Assembly (NCBI GenBank): GCA_964590835.1
Contig: CAZPYD010000001.1
Span: forward strand, 1-36,740
Source of the DNA: an uncultured Candidatus Saccharibacteria bacterium
Lineage (GTDB): Bacteria > Patescibacteriota > Minisyncoccia > JAHISW01 > Tagabacteraceae
Length of the DNA stretch: 36,740 nucleotides
Reading direction: 5' to 3'
Of the stretch, positions 7,832 to 16,594 are shown one piece after another. The notes below the pieces were generated by a model. That model was not told where the DNA came from and made no database searches. It was given only the letters and a program-made list of their open reading frames with translations. Within the stretch, counting starts at the first letter, position 1; every line of letters starts with the position of its first letter. The position numbers were made by a program, and so were the translations under genes.

Positions 7832-7958
7832 CGCATATTTTAATAAACACCATGAAAACCAAGTAGGGTTTTCACCTTGAAAATAGGGTTTTGGATGTTC
7901 TAAAGACACCAAAAAAGTGCTAAAATAATCTAACCATTAAGATTAACTTTAAAAAATT

Positions 7959-8501
7959 ATGAATGAAAAAAATACACCCAACAAGGTGCCAAATATTACT
8001 TTTAAAACTTGCCAATGGGAAGGAAAAATTCAAACCTGTGGCGGCAAAATAGATTGGAAAGAAATAACCACAGATGAAATTTTTGGCGGTAAAAAGGTGG
8101 TTCTCTTTGCTTTGCCTGGCGCTTTTACACCTACATGCTCGTCTACTCACCTACCCGGCTATGAAACTAAATACGATGAATTCAAAAAACTTGGCGTAGA
8201 CGAAATCGTTTGCCTTAGTGTAAACGATCCTTTTGTAATGCGTGAATGGGGCAAGGAACAAGGAATAGAAAAAGTAAAACTCATCCCCGACGGCTCTGCA
8301 AAATTTACAAAAGAAATGGGAATGCTTGTAAAAAAAGATAATCTTGGTTTTGGTGAAAGATCTTGGAGGTATAGTATGTATGTTGAAGACGGAGAAATAA
8401 AAAAGATTTTCAAAGAACCCGGTTTTTCTGATAATTGCGAGGATGATCCATTTGAAGTAAGCGACGCAAACACAATGCTGGAATATTTAAAAAATAAATA
8501 A
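7959..8501 (+). CDS. Peroxiredoxin (Prx5/redoxin type)
   Basis: LPGAFTPTCS, SVNDPFVM..W, DGSA.FT, G.RSWRYSM. Confidence 0.95.
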   Translation: MNEKNTPNKVPNITFKTCQWEGKIQTCGGKIDWKEITTDEIFGGKKVVLFALPGAFTPTCSSTHLPGYETKYDEFKKLGVDEIVCLSVNDPFVMREWGKEQGIEKVKLIPDGSAKFTKEMGMLVKKDNLGFGERSWRYSMYVEDGEIKKIFKEPGFSDNCEDDPFEVSDANTMLEYLKNK

Positions 8502-8507
8502 TACCCC

Positions 8508-8699
8508 ATGAACGAAGATATAAATCAAAAACTAAAAGAACAAGACCAAAAGTTAAATGCTATTTTTAATTCAGTAGAAAAAATAAGGAAATATTTTCTT
8601 ATAATGATTTGGATTGCTGTTTTAGCAATTGTGCTGCCAGCCATTGGATTAATTTTTGTCATCCCTCAATTTTTAAATCTATACACGGGATTGATTTGA
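8508..8699 (+). CDS. Small single-TM membrane protein
   Basis: Coiled N-terminus plus hydrophobic helix; 6 nt after peroxiredoxin stop. Confidence 0.7.
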   Translation: MNEDINQKLKEQDQKLNAIFNSVEKIRKYFLIMIWIAVLAIVLPAIGLIFVIPQFLNLYTGLI

Positions 8700-8766
8700 T
8701 ATAAAAATAAAACCCACCAAATATAATATTTGATGGGCTAGATAGGAGTTTGATAGTTATTTCTTC

Positions 8767-8967
8767 TTACCAATTCCTCTTTTTTAATTTACCTTGTTTT
8801 CTCAATTTACATTCTTCTTTATCATCACAAATTCCATTTTTTAATTCATCTGGCAATTCATCTTTATTATCTGATATTGCATTATAAGTCCCCAAATATT
8901 CACCACACTTCTTGCAGTGAACACTTCTGTCGTAATGAGTCATAGCTCTCTCCTTCTTACCTGCCAT
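8767..8967 (-). CDS. Small Cys-containing hypothetical protein
   Basis: CKKCG and C....C motifs; clean ORF. Confidence 0.55.
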   Translation of the reverse strand: MAGKKERAMTHYDRSVHCKKCGEYLGTYNAISDNKDELPDELKNGICDDKEECKLRKQGKLKKRNW

Positions 8968-9123
8968 AATATACAGGGTATTTTGGGTGGATTCTCTTTT
9001 ATTAAAATTTTTAAAGTTTTACTATTTATAACATTTTATAACACTCTAGTAAATATAAACAAAACCAAGTAATATAATAACAGGAGCATTAAAAAATTTA
9101 TTATTAACTTTATTTTAATTTTT

Positions 9124-10281
9124 ATGAAAAATAGAAATAAATTTATTTTGGCATCACTTGCGGTGTTAGCATTTTTTATAGCAGCACCTCTAGTTAGTCA
9201 TGCTATGACTTTAAAAAAGGGCGACAATATTTTTGTCGACCAAGACATAACCGGAAACCTGCTCACTGCCGGTAATTTGGTTGTTATTGAAAGCACTGTG
9301 GATGGTGATGTGTTTGTTGCCGGAAATAATATTGTTATAAGCGGTACTGTAAATGGCGATGTTTTTGCTGCCGGAAATAATATAGAAATAACAGGGGCTA
9401 TAAATGGAAACCTAAGATTTGTTGGTTCTAATGTAAGACTAGGAGGAGATGTAGAAAGGAACATTTTGGGAATAGGAAATAACTTTAATATAGAAGAAGG
9501 TTCTTCTGTGGGTAGGCATGTTACATATGGTGGTGCTAATTTATTTATTAATTCTCCCGTTGGTGGACAAGTGGATGTTAGCTCTGAAGGAGTAATTGTA
9601 AACAATAAAATCTCAGGAGATTTAAGAGCAGAATTAGGAAACACAGGCGAGCTTATTTTGTTAAAAAATGCAGTTTTGGATGGAGATTTAAAATATAAAG
9701 CTAAAAAAGAAGCCGATATAAGAGAAGGAGCGCAAATAATCGGTGAAGTTAACTATTCTGTTTGGGAAGCACCTGTCAGGGATGTTAAAATCCCAGATGC
9801 AAGTCAAATTGGAGCAGTATTTACTTTCTTTAAAATAATGAGCTTACTTGCTCTTCTTGTTACTGGTTTATTTATTCTTTATTTAACACCTAAACTAAAC
9901 GAAAAAATTTATCAAGAAATGAGCAAAAAGTTTTGGTCCAACTTAGGCCTCGGTTTTGTGTTCTTAATTGTAGCCCCGGTTGTTTGTTTACTACTTTTAA
10001 TAACAATCTTAGGTATGCCACTTGGAATTGTCTTATTCCTTTTGTATATGATAGGTATTTATTTTGCAAAAGTTATTGCGGCTATCGGTATTGGTAGATT
10101 TATAACAGAGAAATTTGGCTGGAAATTGCACAAAGTCTTTACTTTAATTTTAGGTGCATTAGTTCTTTGTTTGTTATCTTTAATTCCTGTTTTAGGCTGG
10201 GTAGTAGCTTTTGCCGCAGTATTGTGGGCACTAGGCGCTATGATCAAAATAGACAACAAAATCCTAAAAGATTGGCGTTAA
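9124..10281 (+). CDS. Membrane protein with bactofilin/polymer-forming beta-helix repeats and C-terminal TM bundle
   Basis: Signal peptide, repeated GDVF.AGNN..I.G.V units, ~5 TM helices. Confidence 0.85.
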   Translation: MKNRNKFILASLAVLAFFIAAPLVSHAMTLKKGDNIFVDQDITGNLLTAGNLVVIESTVDGDVFVAGNNIVISGTVNGDVFAAGNNIEITGAINGNLRFVGSNVRLGGDVERNILGIGNNFNIEEGSSVGRHVTYGGANLFINSPVGGQVDVSSEGVIVNNKISGDLRAELGNTGELILLKNAVLDGDLKYKAKKEADIREGAQIIGEVNYSVWEAPVRDVKIPDASQIGAVFTFFKIMSLLALLVTGLFILYLTPKLNEKIYQEMSKKFWSNLGLGFVFLIVAPVVCLLLLITILGMPLGIVLFLLYMIGIYFAKVIAAIGIGRFITEKFGWKLHKVFTLILGALVLCLLSLIPVLGWVVAFAAVLWALGAMIKIDNKILKDWR

Positions 10282-10304
10282 GCAACGAAAAAATAAAAAC
10301 CAAA

Positions 10305-10336
10305 AAACGGCTGTTTATAGAAATAAACAGCCGTTT
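10305..10336. terminator. Bidirectional terminator
   Basis: AAACGGCTGTTTAT-AGAA-ATAAACAGCCGTTT between convergent genes. Confidence 0.8.
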
Positions 10337-10342
10337 GTGTTT

Positions 10343-11008
10343 TTAAGCTTTTTCTTTTACCAATAAGCTCGGAATATCTTTTATTGAGTCCACAATATTT
10401 AATCCACTAACGCCGGCATTCATAAATTCAGCTGCTGTTTTGCCGCCCGTTAAAACAGCGAAAAAATTTATTCCTGCATTTTTTGAAGCATACCAATCAA
10501 AAAGCGTGTCGCCAACATAAGCAATTTCTTTTCTTTTAATCCCTTGTTGAGCCAACTCTTTAATCACTGGTTTAAATACTTTTGGATAAGGTTTACAAAC
10601 AGAGTAATCGTCCCTACACTGAACATAATCAAAAAGATTTAATTTAATACCTAAATTTTTACAAATTCTTTCAGTACTTTCTTTTTTTCTATTGGTTATA
10701 GTGCCTATATAGTATTTGTTGTTTTTTAAAAAATATAAAGTCGACAGTGCATTTGAAACAAACGGAAGTGGTAATTCACTGTACCCATTCTCTATAAAAA
10801 TTTTTTTAAACTCATCAACATCTACATCCGGCCAAATAGATTTTATAAATTTTGACCATCTCTTACCCCAATGAATATCCCACTTTTTTTTGGCGGGTGG
10901 TTTAATATTCATTAGTCTTGCAGTAGCATAATGCAAACTATAGCCTATCTCATAAGTATCTAAAATAGTTCCATCAAGATCAAAAAGTAATGCTTTTATT
11001 TCCCTCAA
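10343..11008 (-). CDS. HAD-superfamily hydrolase (IA)
   Basis: FDLDGT, TITN, KPYP, YVGDT..D motifs; TTG start with AGGAGG SD. Confidence 0.92.
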   Translation of the reverse strand: MREIKALLFDLDGTILDTYEIGYSLHYATARLMNIKPPAKKKWDIHWGKRWSKFIKSIWPDVDVDEFKKIFIENGYSELPLPFVSNALSTLYFLKNNKYYIGTITNRKKESTERICKNLGIKLNLFDYVQCRDDYSVCKPYPKVFKPVIKELAQQGIKRKEIAYVGDTLFDWYASKNAGINFFAVLTGGKTAAEFMNAGVSGLNIVDSIKDIPSLLVKEKA

Positions 11009-11011
11009 AGC

Positions 11012-11054
11012 AAACCTCCTTTTTACCCCGCTCAGCAGGGTTTGTATGTTAAAA
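11012..11054 (-). promoter_or_regulatory. 43-nt leader module (boxA-like, hairpin, SD), copy 1
   Basis: TTTTAACATACAAACCCTGCTGAGCGGGGTAAAAAGGAGGTTT; 40/43 identical to 30406-30448. Confidence 0.8.
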
Positions 11055-11096
11055 TACTAGATAATCTTTTATTATATTGCCTTTTTTGTGGAATTT

Positions 11097-11567
11097 TTAC
11101 AATAGTTGATCTTCTTTTTCCTCTCTTGAAATTTTTTCTTCCAATTTTACAAGAGAAAATAATATTATATATGTAAGAATTGTGGTAAAAGCAGCCATAT
11201 AATAAAAGCCCATTCCTACAGCCATACCTATTGCTGCAGCGGCCCAAACAGAAGCCGCGCTAGTTAATCCATGTATTTCTGTTTTGGTAAAAAATATAAT
11301 ACCTGCACCCAAAAAACCAACTCCCACCACTATCTGACTGGCAATACGACTAGGATCATAATTAAAAACATGCGGCACATTCTCCAAGCCCGCAAAGGAT
11401 AATATTGTAAAAAGAGCCGAACCCATACAAACAAGCATATATGTACGAAGGCCAGCTGGTTTACCAGAGTACTCTCTCTCAAAACCAATTATCATACCTA
11501 AGACAGCTGCAATAAAAATTTTTAACAACTGATCAAGTGGTACACTTTGTATTATTTCTGCTAACAT
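11097..11567 (-). CDS. MgtC/SapB family membrane protein
   Basis: IGFERE...KPAGLRTY.LV..GSALFT, DPSRIA.QIV.GVGFLGAG.I, GLTSAASVW..AAIGMAVG. Confidence 0.95.
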   Translation of the reverse strand: MLAEIIQSVPLDQLLKIFIAAVLGMIIGFEREYSGKPAGLRTYMLVCMGSALFTILSFAGLENVPHVFNYDPSRIASQIVVGVGFLGAGIIFFTKTEIHGLTSAASVWAAAAIGMAVGMGFYYMAAFTTILTYIILFSLVKLEEKISREEKEDQLL

Positions 11568-11594
11568 ATTAAATAAAGAATTAAGAATAATGAA

Positions 11595-12635
11595 TCAAGA
11601 ACTTTGTTTCTTTAGGTGTATTTTAGCTAAAACTAATTCTATTGGTAGCTGCGGTAAGTATGCTCGATTTGTTTTGTCATAAGCATCCAAAAGAAGTGTT
11701 AAAACATAGCCCAAATCTCTTACAGTAGTATTGCTTACTTGTGTTTTTAAAAAACCAACCTCGTCTTTGCCCAAGATTTTTCCTAAATCTCTTTCTGTTT
11801 GAGGAGATAATTTTATCATTAAAAGCGCGCGAATATTACGCAAAATAAACTTTAAAAATAATTGAGGGGCAATACCCTTTTCTATTGCTTTTTGAACTAT
11901 CTCCATCCCCTGTTCACTATTTTTTTCAACCAAAGCAGTGACAAACCCTTGGATATATTCTTTTGAGGGAGCTGATAATATTTTTCTTGCCTCATCACCG
12001 GTTATTTTTTTGTCACTATCTATTGATAAAATTTGATCTAGCATTACCAAGGCATCTCTAAAAGATCCATCAGCAAAAAGAGCAATAAGAGACCCTGCCT
12101 CACTATCTACTTCATAACCCTCCTTTTTAGAAATATTTGAAACAGCTTTTCTTAATAAATCTTCGGATAATTTTTTGAATGAAAAATGTTGGCAACGAGA
12201 TGTAATAGTATCAGGTAGTTTTTCTGGTTCGGTCGTTGCCAGTATAAAAATAACATGACCAGGTGGCTCTTCTAAGGTTTTTAAAAGAGCATTAAAAGCT
12301 TCCTTTGTAAGCATGTGAACCTCATCAATAATATATATCTTGTATTCGCTTTTTAATGGACTTATATTCACTGATTCACGCAAATTACGGATTTCGTCTA
12401 TACCCCTGGATGATGCTGCATCCATTTCCACCAAATCATATTCACGACAACCCACACCACTAGATAAAAGACGTGCAGTAGTGGTTTTACCTGTACCACG
12501 TGGACCTGAAAAAAGATAAGCATGAGATATCTTTTTTGCTTTAACAGCCTCTTTCAAAACATTTATAATATGATCCTGCCCCAAGACTTCACTAAATTTC
12601 TGGGGACGATATTTTCGATATAGTACTTTAGCCAT
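11595..12635 (-). CDS. dnaX: DNA polymerase III subunit gamma/tau
   Basis: LYRKYRP, HAYLFSGPRGTGKTT, EMDAAS, IIDEVHML, FNALLKTLEEPP, TITSRCQ, GSFRDA. Confidence 0.97.
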   Translation of the reverse strand: MAKVLYRKYRPQKFSEVLGQDHIINVLKEAVKAKKISHAYLFSGPRGTGKTTTARLLSSGVGCREYDLVEMDAASSRGIDEIRNLRESVNISPLKSEYKIYIIDEVHMLTKEAFNALLKTLEEPPGHVIFILATTEPEKLPDTITSRCQHFSFKKLSEDLLRKAVSNISKKEGYEVDSEAGSLIALFADGSFRDALVMLDQILSIDSDKKITGDEARKILSAPSKEYIQGFVTALVEKNSEQGMEIVQKAIEKGIAPQLFLKFILRNIRALLMIKLSPQTERDLGKILGKDEVGFLKTQVSNTTVRDLGYVLTLLLDAYDKTNRAYLPQLPIELVLAKIHLKKQSS

Positions 12636-12915
12636 ACCCAGTAATACACTATCGCGTTAAAGCAGAATAGCGTTTAGTTATGTTATTTATATTTATAATT
12701 TGCTGTTTTATTATTTTCATATTTGTAATTGTTTGCCCTTTTTCTGTTTTATGTTCTTCTGTATTCTTTGGATACTTTTCTTTTCTTATGGCGACCACGG
12801 TTTATAGATTAGTCATCTTTATTTTAATTAAAGAAGAACATGCGCGAGTGTGTATTACTGAGCATACTTATATTTTACCCTCCACAACCCAAAATTGCAA
12901 AATAACAAATAAATA

Positions 12916-12949
12916 AAACCCCGGGCTTGCATAAGCAAACTCGGGGTTT
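12916..12949 (-). terminator. Hairpin terminator after the PyrF-like gene
   Basis: AAACCCCGGGCTTGC-ATAA-GCAAACTCGGGGTTT. Confidence 0.7.
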
Positions 12950-12960
12950 GATAAGACCAA

Positions 12961-13671
12961 TTAGCCTCTTTTAAATTCTTTTCCAAACATATCTTGAAGA
13001 GTATTTTTCAAGACGCGTGTCGGATCGATGTTTTTTGTAATCCAGTCCCCAACAACAAGCATATCGGCTCCATCTTCAATAGCCCTAGCCGGAGTAACGC
13101 CTTGTGTATGTTTTTCTTCATCAAAATACCAGCTTGGCACAACATTTGTAGCGATTTTTTTTAAATGAATAGCTCGACAATCAAACAAAACTTTTCCAGG
13201 AATTAAAATAAAATCAAAACCTAATTGTTGAATTACCATAGCTTGTGTCTTTATAGACACATGTTCTGAAGCAAATACCGGAGCGGTTACGGATGATAAA
13301 TCTCCAATTATTTTTCTGGTTTTAAGGGGATTTTCAATCCAATCTTTTATACTAACAAGAGTAACAAACTGTTTTTCTAGAATAGTTTTTGCGTTAATCA
13401 AGTTAGTTTCAACAAGAAGAGGTAAGCCAGTCTTTTCTACATCTTCTACCATATCATCAGCAACCTTTAGACCAACAAATTTCCAAACAGATTTACCAAA
13501 AATAGTGCAACCAGCCATTTTTTCAAATATTTGCTCAACAAAATCAAGATAAGTATTAACGTTACCGAGGGATGATGGCTTATTTACCTCAATCCACAAA
13601 AAAGGTTTTTTGAATTCTTTTTTTATCGGCGCTAAAAGTTCTTCTTTCTTTTTGCTTTTGCCACCAGCCAT
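12961..13671 (-). CDS. Divergent OMP-decarboxylase (PyrF)-like protein, catalytic motif degenerate
   Basis: C-terminal TPARAIEDGADMLVVGDWIT...DP and GLKV match PyrF; DxKxxD replaced by ETNLIN; AGGAGG SD; promoter TTGACT-17-TATTCT at 13747-13775. Confidence 0.65.
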   Translation of the reverse strand: MAGGKSKKKEELLAPIKKEFKKPFLWIEVNKPSSLGNVNTYLDFVEQIFEKMAGCTIFGKSVWKFVGLKVADDMVEDVEKTGLPLLVETNLINAKTILEKQFVTLVSIKDWIENPLKTRKIIGDLSSVTAPVFASEHVSIKTQAMVIQQLGFDFILIPGKVLFDCRAIHLKKIATNVVPSWYFDEEKHTQGVTPARAIEDGADMLVVGDWITKNIDPTRVLKNTLQDMFGKEFKRG

Positions 13672-13833
13672 TTCTAGCCTCCTTTTTATCCAAATTAAAC
13701 TTTATTTGGTTTGAGTGATTATTATTTTCAAAGTAAATTTAAACCAAGAATAACAGAAAAAATAAAATTAGTCAATATTTTAAAAAACCATAAAATAAAT
13801 CCTTATCTTATGGTTTTTGTAAATTTTTTGATT

Positions 13834-14460
13834 CTACTTTCTAAATACTATAAACTTGTAGCCTAAGAAATTCCAGGTAAGAGAAAATATCGTCGCAAAA
13901 ACTTTGGCTATATTTAGCCACAGCTCGGAACTCACACCCCCTATTGGATTTATATAAGTAGTAACGAGTATCACTACTCCGCTATTTATAAAAATACCGG
14001 TTGTAACAACCAATACAAAAGTAAAAAAATCACTATAATCTGTTTTTACAGCGTCACCATCCCCACTTGTCCGGTCGGCAGGTTTTTTAAATACCCAAAA
14101 TTTGTTCCAAAAATAACTATTTGTAGCAGCTAGCATAAATCCGGGAATATTTACCCCGCCTATCAAAAAACCGGCAGTAAGCCCGCTAACCAAACTTAAA
14201 AGATTTAATACTCCAAAATCTATAGAAGTGTTCAAAAATCCTACAACAACGAATTTGCCGATTTGATTAAAAACAGGCTTCCATCTAGCTAGTAGTTTTG
14301 CAATAAAGAGGCCAATTATCCACAGGGCTGGAACTCCAACAAGCAATCCAAGAAAAATAGACCAAGAAGCAAGCCCCAAGTTTAAAAGAGAGAGTAAAAC
14401 AAAAAACACTGTCACTAAGCCAGCAATTATCGCAATAAGATAGTCTCTGTTATTGTGCAT
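13834..14460 (-). CDS. GtrA-family membrane protein
   Basis: KFVVVGFLNTSIDFGVLN, NSYFWNKFWVF, WNFLGYKFIVF. Confidence 0.9.
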   Translation of the reverse strand: MHNNRDYLIAIIAGLVTVFFVLLSLLNLGLASWSIFLGLLVGVPALWIIGLFIAKLLARWKPVFNQIGKFVVVGFLNTSIDFGVLNLLSLVSGLTAGFLIGGVNIPGFMLAATNSYFWNKFWVFKKPADRTSGDGDAVKTDYSDFFTFVLVVTTGIFINSGVVILVTTYINPIGGVSSELWLNIAKVFATIFSLTWNFLGYKFIVFRK

Positions 14461-14504
14461 AATTATATTATAGCAAAAGAATTAATATGGTAAAATAAAG
14501 TATA

Positions 14505-15353
14505 ATGACGATTAAAAAAATGGGTTTTTATTTAACTATATTTATTTTAGGATTTTTGGCTATATCGCTGTGGAGCTTTTATATTGTTGTCCGCCCACCT
14601 AAAATTATTCTTAATAGAAATCCAGCCAATTTTAATTTACCAGCAAAAGAAATAGATTTAACCACAACAGACGGTGTTAATCTTTCTTCCTGGTTTGTAG
14701 AAGGCAACAAAGAAAAAGTTGTTATGTTTTTGCATGGATATCCGGCAGAAAAATCAGATATGCTCTTTATTGCGTCTTCTTTATATCCAGATTTTTCTCT
14801 TTTACTTGTTGATTTACGTTATTTTGGTAAAAGTGAAGGAAAATATACGACACTTGGAATAAAGGAGCAGCTCGATGTAAAAGCCGGATTGGATTTTTTA
14901 GAATCAAAAGGATTTAAAAATATTGGCATTTTAGGTTTTTCTCTTGGGGGAGCAACAGCCTTAAACACAGCCGAAAAAGACAAAAGGATAAACGCCATTG
15001 TTTCGTATGCATCATTTGCTGATTTAAGAACGCTTGGCTATCAAACATACTGGACACTTCCCGGATTAAAATATCCTTTAGTTGAGTTAATGCTATTGTG
15101 GTCTAAGGCCTTATTTAGTGAATCAGCCATCAAAACATCACCACTAAATGCAGCCCCAAATATCAACATCCCTGTAATGCTGGTTCACTCCAAAGAAGAC
15201 GAACAGATTTCGTTTAAGCACGCAGAAAAATTAAAAGATGCATTTCAAAAAAACCCAAAAGCTCAATTTTATTTTTTAGAAACAGGCTTGCATGGCGAGC
15301 TGCCTGTTGATTTTAATATACGAATAAAAGAATTTTTTAAACAATCCTTATAA
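14505..15353 (+). CDS. Membrane-anchored alpha/beta hydrolase
   Basis: FLHGY, DLRYFGKSEG, nucleophile GFSLG, acid D (HSKEDEQI), His (GLH). Confidence 0.92.
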   Translation: MTIKKMGFYLTIFILGFLAISLWSFYIVVRPPKIILNRNPANFNLPAKEIDLTTTDGVNLSSWFVEGNKEKVVMFLHGYPAEKSDMLFIASSLYPDFSLLLVDLRYFGKSEGKYTTLGIKEQLDVKAGLDFLESKGFKNIGILGFSLGGATALNTAEKDKRINAIVSYASFADLRTLGYQTYWTLPGLKYPLVELMLLWSKALFSESAIKTSPLNAAPNINIPVMLVHSKEDEQISFKHAEKLKDAFQKNPKAQFYFLETGLHGELPVDFNIRIKEFFKQSL

Positions 15354-15374
15354 ATTATAATACAAATACAAATA

Positions 15375-16580
15375 ATGAAAAAGAAAAAATTATTAAAAAA
15401 TTATTTTGACGGAAAGATTTCTCATGGCTTTGTTTCTCTTTATACTGGCAAAACCATAGTAATGATATCTTCTGGTCTTTTGGGGCTATTTTTACCTATT
15501 TTTATTTACAACACTCTAGGGCAAAGCTTTAGAGGAATGGCTTTGTTTTTTGGAGTTGGTTACTTGGCTTATGTTCTTTTTTTATTTTTTGGTGTTAGAT
15601 TTTTAAATAAATTTGGCTTTAGACGGGCCTTAAGAATAAGTGTATTTTTAGGTGCACTCTATTATGCACTTTTTTATTTTGTAGATGGAGGAAACTTTAT
15701 TAAACTCGCTCCTTTTATTATTATTGTTCTTTCTTTGTATAGAGTATTATACTGGATGCCTTATCATGTAGATTTTGCAAAATTTATTGCAAAAAGAAAC
15801 AGAGGAAGACAAATAAGCGCCTTAAGAGCCACCAAAGAGATCATTGGGGTTTGTATTCCACTTATTGCCGGCTTTATGATTAACAAATTCGGGTTTGATG
15901 TTCTTTTTGTTACTGCGGTAATTCTTTATTTAATATCAGGGATACCTTATATTACTATTCCCCGTACTAGAGAGAAATTCAGATGGGGCTATAAAACAAC
16001 ATTAAAAAATTTATTTTCTCCAAAAATAAGAAAGCAAATGATTGCCTTTATGTCAGATGGCGCAGAAAACGTTATTGCCGTAATTGTTTGGCCGATTTTT
16101 ATATTTCAAATTCTTGACGGTGATTATTTTAAAATAGGCGCCCTTTCTACTTTAGTTATTGCTTTTACAGTCACAATACAATTAATGCTTGGCAAATATC
16201 TAGACAAATCCTTACAAAAAGAAAAGATCTTAAAGTTTGGGAGTATGCTTTCTTCTGTTGGATGGCTTATCAAGATATTTATAGCGACTGGATTTCAAAT
16301 TTTTATAGTTGGTGTTTTTCATAATTTATCTAGAATTTTTACAAGAATTCCTTTCGATGTTATCACCTACGAATCAGCAGCAAATCAAAATCATTATGTT
16401 GATGAATTCACGGTTTTACATGAATTGGCAATTAATATAGGCAAGGTTTTGGCTGTAATTTTTGCAATTACAGTGTCGTTTTTTCTTCCAATGCAATATG
16501 TTTTCGTTTTGGCAGCAACAGCATCTGTTTTTCTTAGTCTTTTACGTCCTGAGACAGATGAAATTATTAAACTTAATTAG
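15375..16580 (+). CDS. MFS transporter
   Basis: ~12 TM helices; RGRQIS and LGKYLDK motif-A-like loops. Confidence 0.8.
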   Translation: MKKKKLLKNYFDGKISHGFVSLYTGKTIVMISSGLLGLFLPIFIYNTLGQSFRGMALFFGVGYLAYVLFLFFGVRFLNKFGFRRALRISVFLGALYYALFYFVDGGNFIKLAPFIIIVLSLYRVLYWMPYHVDFAKFIAKRNRGRQISALRATKEIIGVCIPLIAGFMINKFGFDVLFVTAVILYLISGIPYITIPRTREKFRWGYKTTLKNLFSPKIRKQMIAFMSDGAENVIAVIVWPIFIFQILDGDYFKIGALSTLVIAFTVTIQLMLGKYLDKSLQKEKILKFGSMLSSVGWLIKIFIATGFQIFIVGVFHNLSRIFTRIPFDVITYESAANQNHYVDEFTVLHELAINIGKVLAVIFAITVSFFLPMQYVFVLAATASVFLSLLRPETDEIIKLN

Positions 16581-16594
16581 CACAACAACAACTC

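Noticed and set aside
12680-12916. 78-aa plus-strand ORF and an antiparallel stop-interrupted minus frame
   Set aside because: No SD, promoter or motif; low-complexity AT-rich DNA, so I cannot tell which strand, if any, codes
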